A stretch of 64,000 bases of DNA, from positions 232,996,001 to 233,060,000 of the forward strand of contig OZ024741.1 in the NCBI GenBank assembly GCA_964016885.1. The letters are read 5' to 3'. Positions 41,401 to 53,999 of this stretch are shown piece after piece (the stretch's first letter is position 1; every line of letters begins with the position of its first letter). Both the position numbers and the translations under genes were made by a program. Source of the stretch: Eledone cirrhosa (Eukaryota). The notes below the pieces were generated by a model. That model was not told the origin of the DNA. It saw only the letters and a list, made by a program, of their open reading frames with translations, and made no database searches.

Positions 41401-42295
41401 TGCTGTGTTGCTGTAGTATTGTAATAGGCTAGGCACACTAAGGAACATGTTCTGACCTCATGCAGAGTTTAGTCCAAAGAAGATTCACGTGGAGTCACAA
41501 TCAAGTGTTCAAGTAGACCGTACATTTGATAAGTACGGCCAAAGTAATATCCATAACCCCAGAATATCCGACAACATTTTACACTGCAGAAAATCATGGA
41601 CATGAACAGCTATGACATATGATAGAGTCTTCTGCATTGTGCGCATAACTGGGCGTGCACAACAACCCTACAATGGCCTGGGTCTAGTCATCGTATTCCA
41701 ATCCAGTTCATCAGAGTAGCTGATTTTGATTGAACTCAAATAGAAAAGCACACGATTTCTGGATCGAAAAATAAGCCCGTTTGGCCAATATCCTGAACGA
41801 AGCCAATTTCAGGGTCAATTTTCTAACTTTAGAAGGTAGAATGGTTGTTGGCAAATCTGTCCATAGCCTCATAAACCAGCTCTCAATCTCTGAGAACAGG
41901 ACAAAAGACCAGTGTAGAGGAGATCCAATTGGATCTGGATACGGAAGAACAAAACAACCTTTATAACGTTTGTGGGTAATATGTTTGTAATTTAACCTTT
42001 GCTAAGGGAAATAACTCAGTGTGGTGATTTATAGTGGTGGTCATGGCGGCGTCAGTGTCATTTTTGGTGTATCACAGTTACCATGACTACCGATGTCATT
42101 TTTGTAAATCCACCTCAAAGATGTTATTCTATGTAAGTTTGAAAGCAGAGGCAACGAAATTGATTTCCAACTGGATCGTATCGAAAACAAAATCTCCTTA
42201 CTAAAATGTGGTAAGAGAACCGTACCCAGAAATCATAAGTTGGATGCAGCCAGGACACCTAAAGGCAGAAACACATGTCTGGGGCTGTGTGCTAT

Positions 42296-42296
42296 C

Positions 42297-42368
<72 letters not shown>

Positions 42369-42850
42369 TGTTTCTTTATTAGCCACAGGGGCACAAAAGA
42401 AGGGGACAAATACAAAGGGGGAAGTTTACATACAATAAAAACGTGTAAAATAATATCACAAATGCAATTTTAAAAATTAGTCGATTTTCCCCAATAGGGG
42501 GAGATAGATATGCTTCTTTTATTTGCCACAAGGGCATCAAAAGTGGGACAAGTACAATGGGGGGAGTTTACAAAACAAGGCGTCCTCAATAGGGAGGAGG
42601 CAATAACAATATATAAAAATAAAATAAAATATAACAAAAAATAGAATTATAACAAAATCCTCAATAGAGGATCTTGTTATAAAATATAACAAAAAATAAA
42701 ATTTATAACAAAATCCTCAATAGAGAGGAGGCGCCTTGGGGGGTCGCACACACCCCCGAAAAAAGTGTGCAACCCTTTTCCTCAGGAGCACAGAGAGGGG
42801 GTGCTCCCTCGTTCCTTCCTCTTTTCCACCTACAGGCTCATGTAAAGAGA
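42296..42850 (-). mobile_element. (GATA)n array followed by two Tx1-like 3' UTR remnants
   Basis: TTTATTAGCCACAGGGG and TTTATTTGCCACAAGGG...GGGACAA...GTTTACA match the Tx1 ends at 58745 and 63040. Confidence 0.6.
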
Positions 42851-42879
42851 AGGCCCATTCACACACACGCTAGTCACTT

Positions 42880-42945
<66 letters not shown>

Positions 42946-44254
42946 CCGTCATTACTTAATGCACTGGGTAATTGCTGGCCTTGTGCCTAAAGTAGAAACA
43001 ATTACTGATACAAGATTACAAGATTATGTCAACTGTTGACTTTCAAGAGTTTGTATAGTTGAAGCCGTTCGTATTACAGTCCAGTATTATTATAATTGCT
43101 TTACAGCATAGAGTTATGGCTCTCCACGCTCTGAACTTAAATCTCGCCGAAGTCAACCTTGCCTTTCATCCCCACGGAGTCAACAAAAGAGAGTACCAGT
43201 GATGCGCTGGACAAGTCGCTGGATCCGTGCCAAAAGCAGAAAAATTATTATTAAAGTTGTTTTCTTCAGGCCCGGTCGCTGGTGATGGTGATGGCGGCGG
43301 TGGTGACGGTGGTGGTGGTGGTGGCAGTTGATATTGTTGTTGTGTTGTGTGCGTGTGTGTGTGTGTGTGTGTTTTGTTATTTTGAGTTTTTTTGTTTGTT
43401 TGTGTTTTTTTTGTGTTTTTTATCTTTGATGTCGCTGCTGTTGTTGTTGTTGTAAATGTTCATTTCAATTCATTCTGAAGCTGTTGTTGCTGTAAACATT
43501 AGTGCCGGTGTTGTTGTTGTAGATGTTGGGGTTGAAATCTGGTCGTTTGACTGAGTGATGTATATACACACATATACATACATATATATATATATATGTA
43601 TACACATTCAACACAGAGTAGAGAGTTTGACAACAGGTCGATGACTTTAGTCTAGATAGGGTAATCACATGTGATGGTGGGGAGAGAGTGTAGACGTTAT
43701 TGTGGTGGCGAGGGACAGTGAGATGTATCTAGTTCATTTGTCCGTTTTCTTCTCTTTGCAAAATTTGAATTTTACCCATGTTATATTGAGATGTAAGTAA
43801 ATGTAAAATGTAAAATATAAATAAGGATTGCTCTGGTAAAATATACTTAAATATTTGTGTAACTTCCACAAACTTCTGTCGTGACATTCTCGAATTCAGT
43901 GACCAAAATATTGTTGTATTTTGATGTTTCAGAATACAAAAATTAATTAAAAACTTACCCCACGAAAAGACAGCGTGTGTTGTTCTATCTATAAGCTCCC
44001 TCATATATACATACATACATACATGATGGCTGCCCCCTCGTTATCGAGTATGGCCATTGCACGAGAAGAAAAAAAAAATAAATAAATAAAATAAAATAAA
44101 ATAAAATAAAATAAAAAAATAATAATAATAATAATAATAAATAAATTTAAAAAAAAAAAAAAGAAATATATATATATATATACATACATACATATATACA
44201 TACACACATACATACACATACACTCACACATATACACACACATACATTAATAAC

Positions 44255-44285
<31 letters not shown>

Positions 44286-44606
44286 GCAATAATAATAATA
44301 ATAATAATAGCAATAATAATAATAACGACAACAACAATAATAATATACATATTCATATATATATATACACACACACACGCACGCACATAAGCATATCTAC
44401 ACACACACACACACACACACACGATAGCAACTAACAGTGCTGCGATCGAATATACATACATACATACATACATACATACATACATACATACATACATACA
44501 TACATACATACATACATACATACATACATACATACATACTTGAATGTTCCTATCAGACTTAACATATCTTCTTAATATTACCGGATGTTGGAAATTTTCA
44601 TTGCAG

Positions 44607-44761
44607 AAACAAGAAAAGCAATCTGAAAGGCGCAAAGTCTACCATCTCAGTTTTTTGAAATGGCCTGGCAATGGTGTACCCATTCCAGAACATATCCTAG
44701 ATTTTCGGAATGTTGTTAATGATTGTCCAAATGTAAAACCACCAATTATTGTTCATTGCAG
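44607..44761 (+). CDS. RPTP exon C (WPD-loop region and start of the P-loop)
   Basis: ttgcag acceptor, GTCAGT donor, 155 nt. KQEKQSERRKVYHLSFLKWPGNGVPIPEHILDFRNVVNDCPNVKPPIIVHC(S). Has the phase-2 split after HC typical of classical PTP genes. Confidence 0.93.
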
Positions 44762-45141
44762 GTCAGTAAATTTCTTTCTAAGACAGGGAAGATGTCAGAA
44801 ATTTCTAGGGTGGTTGTGGTAGGCTTAATTTAGGAAAAGCCCATCACTTCATTAGTACTACATTTTGTTGATCTCGGAATTATCCGCCTCTGGGGTTTGA
44901 TCTCAATGCTTATAGACTAAAAAATACCAAACGCCCTTTTATCCGACATATTAGACATTCTGTAAATCCTCCAGGACAGCATAATTGACTATGAAATAGT
45001 ATTAGTTAGAAAAAATGTACCATTTATTTTCTAGCACAGATTACCTTAATCTTCTTAATCTTCTTTGCAACATCTTAAACGCAACGTCTAAAAATGTAAT
45101 GTTGCCCCGCCCAACCAATATAAATACCTGCTTGGCGTGAA

Positions 45142-45192
<51 letters not shown>

Positions 45193-46894
45193 GTAGAATA
45201 TATAAAGATATCCTGCTTCTATAATATCAAAATGTATGTCTTGTCGGATGTGTCTTGTGTTTAGAATAATTTCAAAGATTTTCTAGAAAGCTCTAAAAAT
45301 CCTCTAAATCTCTGTGGTGTATTAGAACTTTATTTTATGTACACCAATATGTTGAACAGGACGTTGATTTTGTCAAGACTGGAACACAACGCGGTATCAT
45401 ATAAAACTCCCGCATTTTGTCCGTACTCTATTGATCCTACCAACTCACAGCTTTTCTACATACTAACAGTTCTAGCCTGATCCACCCGACAAATTTCTCT
45501 CACACACTTTCTTTCTCTTCCCAAGCCTCACACTATCCAGAACATAATGACTCTGGAATTTCTGACCTGACAAGTCTATTCATACACACTTCAACTGACC
45601 GATGTTTCAATTCAACATCAATAGTATCAATGTCACCAATCTCAGAGAGTATTCGATGTTCATGATTATTTCTTCTTCCACCATTGCTCAAAGCATGAAT
45701 ACATAGCTGGCAAGATGTGATTGGCTTCTATAGATATTTGAAGAAAACTACGGATGCCAAAGTATAGCCTATAAAAAATTTATTATTTATGCCAGTATAT
45801 TCTGTCTATAGATGGATGCTAGCTGAATGTAACAATGTATATAAAAAGGGGGTTTTAATGGTGGTCTCTTTAGAATGGCACAACAAACAAATGCGCTTCT
45901 TATTTAAACTGTTTAATGAAAATCAGCGCTTTTACTGATACTCTTCCAAAGAACTAATCTAAGGTGGTACTAAAATTATTCATGTTATGCGACAACATAT
46001 ATTTACACCAAGACTAACATATGGTGTATGTTTGTATGTATGTACGCATGTATGTATGACATAGCGCTCTCTCCATGCTTACGCAGTGGTATTTTGAGGT
46101 TGGGTGCAGGGTAATCTGTCTATAAAGTCCGTTTTGTGATCCTTCAGGACAATTACGGCTTCACGCTTTGCTAAACCTTATAGCCTATTATCTATTTTAA
46201 AACCTCTAGCCAATCCTTTGACCTTTTTATTAATAGCGTTGTAATTGTCAGGTGTGGTTTTCTGATATTTGCTAGTTATATAGTTTAGTATAAGTTGATT
46301 ATATCGGTCCCTATTTACTTCATATAGATTCTTAGTTCTGTCAGAAAAAATATATTTTATGACGATCCGAATTCCTTAATATCATTTAGGACATTTTGGA
46401 AGGAACTGTGGGATTTACGGAATATTATACTAGGTATTAAATGTAATATGTCTGCCTCGAAGTCTACAAGGTCCCCAAATTTGGGCGGGTCTTGGTGGAT
46501 TTTATGTTGAAATTTTCGGTAGTGGTGGTTGCCAAGTCTCCGTCAAAAAACAAGGCCTTCCATCTCAGTCTACTTACAACGTCTCTAGTAACAATTTGGA
46601 TTTTGCGTGGTTAGATGGTCTTTGTGTCTTTTGGAGAGTTATTCATTTCATATATGCCCTTAGGTTGAATGATATACTTAGGTCTGATGAGTGCTCAACT
46701 GTTCTGGCTTTTATGCTAGTCTATCGTACAGTATATAGCGGACGGACGTTGGTGTAAAAATCCACGCTAGGAGCAATATGCGTTGGAGGAAATCCGTAGA
46801 TGAAAGGTCAAGCCTAACAGTGCTCAATATGTTGTTTTTCTCTTTCTTTCACAACTGTTTGTGAAATACAATATTTTTTGTAAAACAATTTCAG

Positions 46895-47030
46895 TGTTGG
46901 AGCGGGACGAAGTGGAACATATGTGTGCATTGATAAATTGTTATGTATGAATTTGAATGACACAAATTTCAATCCAATGGACCACATCTACGAGTCTTTT
47001 TATGACAGGACATCCTTAGTTCAGAACAGA
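46895..47030 (+). CDS. RPTP exon D (P-loop and Q-loop)
   Basis: tttcag acceptor, GTGAGT donor, 136 nt. (S)VGAGRSGTYVCIDKLLCMNLNDTNFNPMDHIYESFYDRTSLVQNR completes HCSVGAGRSG. Confidence 0.93.
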
Positions 47031-47797
47031 GTGAGTAAATTATATTTACCTTATCAACAACATTACCTGTGCCATATTTAGAAATAGTTATTGTATCATA
47101 TTACAGACCGAAGGCTTTATTCTAATAATATAAATTTTCGCAACAATATGTTCATTAGTAATGGAAATATAAATATTATAATTAACAAACTGTTACTAAA
47201 TATTTTCTGCTAAATCATTACGGGATGTTAAGAGTTATAGCTCATGTCATGGGTATGACGATTTTTGTGATTTAGCCATCACACCTAAGTCATTATGCAG
47301 TATGCTTTAGCATTCACTCCCATGGCCATATTTAATGTTTTAGCCATCACATCCAACGTTAAAATATATATTTTAATCATCATATTCAAGACCAGTTCGT
47401 TTGTTTTATCCAGCATGTCCAATACATCATGCTATATCTGTACCAATCACGCATAAGGCTGTGTTATGTGTTTTAGTCTTCCTCTAAGATTATGATGAAT
47501 GTTTTAGTCACCAGGCCCAGGACAATTCATTTTTGCCTGTTTTGGCAAGGCTTTCAGGTCTTGACCACTGCCGAGATCATCGTAAAATAATAAGAAACAT
47601 TTATATCACGGTTAATAGATTTATCCTTAGTCACAGCTTATTTACACTCTGAATGTTTCAGAGATTCGTACGAAGAAAATATTCCGAGAGTGGAGAATGT
47701 TCTCCCTAAGACATGCAAAGTCTAATTAAATTGAATGCCAGATTATAACAGCTACCACCCAGTACATATAATTGTATCTAATATTAATTTCTTCCAG

Positions 47798-47947
47798 GCA
47801 CAGCTAGAATTTATTTATATGGCATTATCTGAAAGTATTACTACTGAACGATTTACTTTCGGGATTGATGAATTTGAGCAAAATTATGAGGAATTAAAGA
47901 AGAACGACAAAATGACAGGAACATCCAATTTAGAGAAGGAATTTGAG
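47798..47947 (+). CDS. RPTP exon E (end of domain and D1-D2 linker-like segment)
   Basis: ttccag acceptor, GTCAGT donor, 150 nt. AQLEFIYMALSESITTERFTFGIDEFEQNYEELKKNDKMTGTSNLEKEFE contains QxxFIYxAL and LEKEF. Confidence 0.9.
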
Positions 47948-48679
47948 GTCAGTACTCTTGTTCGGGAGCATTTTATGCAAAGTTTGAGGAATTTTCGGTA
48001 GGTTTCGACATAAACATGAATGGTATTTCCGCTGAAATGGGACATTGTTAATTCATGGTTAGTTACGCTCGGGGTGGAAAAACTGATAAAAGATAATGTC
48101 TTTGATATAAGAGGTGGAAGACCTTAAAAAACAATATAGAAAAAGTTAGTTCTGTAAAACAAATTCCTCGCTGCTTTCTTTATTTCGTTTCCGATAAAGG
48201 AAAACCCTTTAACTTTGAAACTATGATTTCCAACATCATGCAAGCAATAATGCATGAAAAGGTGGTAAAAAATAACGAGTGGCTATAAGTGTGAAATGAA
48301 GTGCTTCTACTTTGATGAATGCGTGTAGTTGCATTCATCTAACTTTCGAATCATATCACCTATGCAGAAACTAGATATCTTTCTAAGCCAAATCAGTAGC
48401 AAATAACTTATTTAGAAAAAAGTACTCCCAACAGTTGAAGACTAAACCCATTCAATATTGAAGATTTTATCTTTCTTTGTCATTTTACTCTCTAAGATTT
48501 CTTAGTAACATGTTCTGTCGCTCATAAAAAATTATTCTGGTTACATCTGTAGAAATAAAAATTCTTTATTGCATATTAATTTAAGAAATTCATATGGCCA
48601 GTCGAACCTTTTACGATTGAACAACGCCGAGCAAGTATCAAGTCGAGCCGTGATGGTAAGATATATCTCTTCTTCTTCT

Positions 48680-49095
48680 TCGTCTTCCTGGGGGCAGAGT
48701 GACTAGGGCGCCGGGTCCTCAAACACTCCTTCCAGCAGGTCCTGTCAGAAGCAAAAATCTCAAAATGATCTTGCTTGAGCCCCAATTGAGACCAGCCGAG
48801 CTCATGGATGTTATCCAACCATCTTGCTCAGAGTCTACCCATGGGTCTCCTGTCGGTTGGTTTTGCCCATAAAATCTGTCCAGCGATTCTTTCCTGGGAT
48901 ATTCTAGTAACACACCTGTAGTATCGGAACTATGATCTCTCAATTCGGAGAGGTAGCGTTGACTCTACCTGCAGCGACTCTCTGATCTCCAACCTACGCA
49001 CTTTATCGAGTGACGGTTCCTCCCGAGACTCTTCTAAGGAATCCCATTTCGGCAGTTAGTATTCGTGATCATATGCTTTCAATCATTACATGGGA
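48680..49095 (-). mobile_element. RTE-clade LINE 3' relic
   Basis: Minus strand MGFLRRVSG...GRPMGR...WLDNIHELGWSQLGL, (GAA)n tail. Same family as 27284-27750. Confidence 0.65.
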
Positions 49096-49319
49096 GGATT
49101 TGGGGGTTAAGCTGGAATCCGACTTCAGATCAACAAAATTAAAGCGCTTTGGTAGACCATCTATCGACTTCGTAATTAGAAGTCCACCGCCACACTTGCT
49201 ATCAGGAAGGAGTTTGGGTTCTCCTTTCTTCAAAAAGGTGCATACTCATGAGGTGGAGAGAATACTTTGCTGGTTTCCTAAATCTGATCCTATCAGCATC
49301 TTCGGATGTACACGAGTTT

Positions 49320-49650
49320 CATCTGAGAGCGACGACTAATCTCCCTGCGGCTGCGGTCACAAGAGCAATTAAGAGTTCAAATGTCGCAAGGCCACTGGGG
49401 TAGATGGAATTCTTTCTAAGATGTTAAAAGCCTCAAATAGAGAAGATAGTCTCTGGCTAATTCCTCTGTGCCAAGTGGCCTGTATCTATGGAAATACACC
49501 TAACCAATCGCAATCTATAGTGATAATCCCAATTTTCAAAAAGGGAAACAAGAGACATTCCCCCTATTACAGAGAAATCTCCTTGTTAAGCCTCCCCGGA
49601 AAAGTCTATGCTAAGTGTCCGGCAAAGCGATGTTGGGAGATTGTCGAAAT
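49320..49650 (+). mobile_element. RTE-clade LINE fragment
   Basis: IVIIPIFKKGNKRHSPYYREISLLSLPGKVYAK. Confidence 0.75.
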
Positions 49651-49967
49651 ATATCTCATTTACTACTTAATTCCTTGAAGCACATCTAAATGATATTTCA
49701 ATATATGACACAAATGTGCATTTCAATTAACAAAATTGAGACAACCTTTTTGTAGATGCCTTGGATGCACGGGAGAAATAACGTATAAAGAAAAACATTC
49801 TTGCAAAAGAAACATAGACTCTCCGGTGTTAATTTTTAGTTTCAGGTCGACTCGCCTAAAAGCTAATTTTTACCTAAACCTCGTATTCTGTCCTAATATT
49901 AGGATGTACATTGTTGTACTTTTGATTGCTAAAAATGATTCTTGAGTTGATACTTTTCCAGCAACAA

Positions 49968-50120
49968 TCTCTCTCTCTCTCTCTCCATCCCTCTCTCTCC
50001 ATCCCTCTCTCTCCATCCCTCTCTCTCCATCCCTCTCTCTCCATCCCTCTCTCTCCATCCCTCTCTCTCCATCCCTCTCTCTCCATCCCTCTCTCTCCAT
50101 CCCTCTCTCTCCATCCCTCT
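49968..50120. repeat. 14-bp minisatellite (CCATCCCTCTCTCT)n
   Basis: About 10 near-perfect copies. Confidence 0.95.
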
Positions 50121-51844
50121 TTCGATTTCGTCATAACTACATCTTGAGATTATGTATTAGCTGTAGTTGCTATTGGATAGGAAATATCTTCTCAAATACG
50201 TTATTCTATCAGGAATATCACACATCGTCTAACATGTTTACCACATCAAATCATTTCTTCTTATGTACGCCCAATTCATTCTACACGTAACCATGTCAGA
50301 AACTTCTGATGTAATGATTTCAAAATATTACAATTTACTCTGAACAAATTTTTATCTTCCGTCAACTCTTTTTGATAAATGGTAAAAAAACTACGTTCTT
50401 GCTATCTCATGTTTTTATTTTATTTCTTAACAATCCGTGGTTTGAGAATTTGAAATTGATTTTTGAAAGAGAAGAAAATATTTTCGAACGACTAAGTAGT
50501 AACAACAATTTACAGATGATTTGTGAAAGAGGTTTACCATCTGAAAATATGTGGTATGTCTTTCGAAACAATCATAATTAAATTGGAACAATATATTGTA
50601 AGATCGAAGTATTGTTCGATCTATTGTTTGACAGACCTTTTAAATATCCTCATACACTAAATCATTGCGATAAAACAATTATGGATCATCTTAGAGCAAT
50701 AAACATTAAATAGTAGAGAAGACAATGACATAACCTAGATTTCCAGTTATGTTTAAATTACTTTCATAATATAGTTAATGTAATAACGCCATTTCTTAAT
50801 GGTCTCCCGCAAACAAACCTATTCACTGACATTAACGTGAAATAATAATGGATCTTTTTTTAACCTTGAATTCTCGCCATTGAAGTGAGTCAAATTGTTA
50901 GAACTACATATCATAGTTAGTTGTCACAAACAGCGTCACCGAGATAATAATTTGGCAATGAATGGCAAAACAGAAAAATGTTCTCTAATTGTGCAACAAA
51001 ATATATACTGAATGAATGCAAGGATATCGCAATAATAATTATTTTCTCTGAGTCTGTTTTTGTGTATCTTTATGTAGATGAGTGTGTATGTAATAATTAT
51101 TTTTAACTAGCGTTCTTAGATTGGCTACACCTTTGTGCGTGTATGTGTGTGTGAGTGTTTGTGTGTATGTGTTGTTCAAAGAGCCAAGTCCCTAGCAATA
51201 TCGAAATAAATCAGAATTATCAAGAATATAAAACGACCGCAGTTGAAAGGTATGTACATATAGACATCTACCCTTTAGCCGTCATGTTTGACCGCACGGG
51301 GCCAGCTAGTATCATGATATTTTGTTATATGAATATGCACGTCTTAGTGGATAAAGCTCACGATCGTAACGTCATTAGTTCCATTTCTGGAGCCGTGTCG
51401 TGTCATAGAGCAAGACACTTTATTTCATGTTGCTCCAGTCCGCTTAGATGGAAAAATGAATTGTATCTGAAATTCAAGTGTTCAGCCTTGTCACAAAATG
51501 TATCACTCAGGATCACCATGAAAATTAATTCACCATTCATAATTAATTCTTACGGTTGTTTTTAAATATTTCACTGTTCTCTTACTTCCATTGCATATTT
51601 TTATAACACGTAACGACCGTGTATTCTGTCCATCATGACCAACTTTCTATAGATTCTGTAAATATCTGTAACGAACGACTTGTGTGAGACAAATCAGCAT
51701 TAGAGGATTGTCATATTTTCAGCCAAACTAAAGAATGATCTTTGTTATATTGGTTGTTTTTTAACGTCATTGACTTTGCAGTAGCCCACCATTAGAGAGG
51801 TAGTCGGTTCCTCGATTTATATAATAATAATAACAACAACTACG

Positions 51845-52787
51845 AACGGAGGATGGTTACAGTGACTGGTTTGAGGTGGTTACTGGCGTGCGTCAAGGTT
51901 TCTCGCTCTCTCCAATTCTTTTTGCCATAGCCATTGACTGGGTACTAAGAAGAGAGTCTAAAGACCAGGGTATATCTTGGGTGGGAGAGCAAAAGTTGTC
52001 TGACCTTGACTTTGCGGACGATATTGCTGCACTTGCAGTGAGCACAGCTCACCTGCAAATCAATGTCGAAGCAGGAAGCTTAGGTCTCAATATCAGTGCC
52101 AAGAAGACCAAAAGCATATTATCTGGGACACACCCACCACCAACCAGTGTCTTCATTGAACAGGGGGAGGTGGAGATAGTGGACAACTTCACCTACCTAG
52201 GAAGCTCCATTAACAATGAGGGCACCATGGACAGTGAACTGCAATGTAAAATGGGAAAGGCATCAGCAGCATTTAACCAGCTTGACAAGATCTGGAAGAG
52301 CAGGAAGTTCACCGTCAAAACAAAGATGAGATTCTACAACAGCAACGTGCTGTCCACACTCTTGTACGGAAGTGAAACATGGCACCTTAAGACTAGCCAA
52401 GAGAAGAAATTGAACGCATGCGATTCCAGATGTCTGCGAAAGATCCTGGGGATTAAATGGAGTGACCATGTAACAAACCAGGAAGTCAGGAACCGCACCA
52501 ACCAGCAGCTAGTCTCTTCTACCATCTGCAAGTGATGCCTGGGATGGTTTGGACACGCTTTGAGACTTCCCCCGGAGAGACTGGCGAACCAAGTAATTAA
52601 ATGGAGCCCGCAGGGAAGCAGACGGAGAGGGCGACCCAAAATGAACTGGCGCCAGACAGTTGAGAGGGACCTGCGAGCGACAAACAGACAATGGCGGGAC
52701 GCTGTGCAACTGGCTTCTGACCGAACGCGATGGAACACTATGATTGCCTCATGCGTCGAAAGACGCGGGAGCTTCTGAGCTGAGCTG

Positions 52788-52844
<57 letters not shown>

Positions 52845-52845
52845 A
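51845..52845 (+). mobile_element. RTE-like LINE, 5'-truncated, (CAA)n tail
   Basis: TGVRQGFSLSPILF, DLDFADDIA, FTYLGS, STLLYGSETW, GRPKMNW. One in-frame stop at 52533. A short CAA repeat also lies at the 5' junction. Confidence 0.92.
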
Positions 52846-53223
52846 ATAAGAGAAGGGAAGAAGACGCACGTGGTGGATAGAATGGTATGAAATCGCTGCC
52901 GTAAGTTTTTGATTTTTAACATATTTAAAACAATTGTGATATAACAATTCTTAGTACAAATGATACATAAAGCACCAAACTCAACTCTCAGAAAATTCGG
53001 ATCCATAATATCCTGTTATATCGCTCAAATATTCAATTTTGTATTATAAATTTTATATTCAAAAAAGAAAATGGTTATAAATGGAAGAAAACCCCCTCTG
53101 TCTACACTATATAGAACAGCCAAATAACAGCAATTTCACCAAAACCACAAATTAGATACACCACCTATCCCATCAGCCAGATAATGGCAATTTCACCACC
53201 CCATCACCAATCCCAGCATAATA

Positions 53224-53351
53224 ATAATTGTTTCTACTATTGGCACAAGGCCAGCAATTACCAGTACATTACTGGTACTTTATTTTATCGACCCCGTAAG
53301 GATGAAAGGCAAAGTTAACCTCGGCGGGATTTGAACTCAAATGGCAAGGGC
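53224..53351 (-). mobile_element. Truncated tRNA-derived SINE between (TAA)n runs
   Basis: Same family as 22206-22394. Confidence 0.85.
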
Positions 53352-53999
53352 ATAATAATAATAATAATTACTATTATTGTATCTCAAGTTTTCTCAAAAT
53401 TTTTAATTCAAATATTAAGGGAATATGTCAACACATATCTTAAACATACGCGACAAACCGCATAGATACACAGATCAAACAAACGCATACTACTACAGTC
53501 TATTTAACAGAACTCAGTAACGACAACGCCATCATTATAGTCACCGCCGTCACCACTCCATCATTGCTACCACTATCCCATCACTATAGTCACTGCTGCC
53601 ACCACTCCATCCATGCTACCACTATCCCATCACCGCCGCCACCACTCCTTCATTGCTACCACCACTATTCCCCCACTACCTTCTGTTAACATAAGAAAGG
53701 GGAAGGTGGTGGTATCACTAGACAAGGGAGAGGCTAGCAAAAGATATAAATAGACTGACTTAGTGACTCGGTCAAACGTCAACGACTATGGCACTGCTGG
53801 GTCCCCCCTTCCCCACCAACAATAGAAAAAGCCCCAGCACCACCACCGACATAGCCAACAACAATAACAGACAACTTCAGCAAAAAGTATATTATATTAT
53901 TAATAATAATTTCATTCTTAAGCCACGCAATACTCACATTAAGGAACCACTCATGATAATAACAATTTAAAAAACAACAAAAAGAAAACCCCGTGACCA

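Noticed and set aside
49756-49825. Candidate next RPTP exon (ttttgtag acceptor; CLGCTGEITYKEKHSCKRNIDSP)
   Set aside because: The phase is incompatible with the phase-0 end of exon E, where the in-phase reading stops after 10 codons. The donor is weak and no PTP motif is present.
51182-51249. Candidate exon SQVPSNIEINQNYQEYKTTAVE with a good GTATGT donor
   Set aside because: The acceptor is weak and there is no recognisable PTP motif. It would need RNA-seq support.
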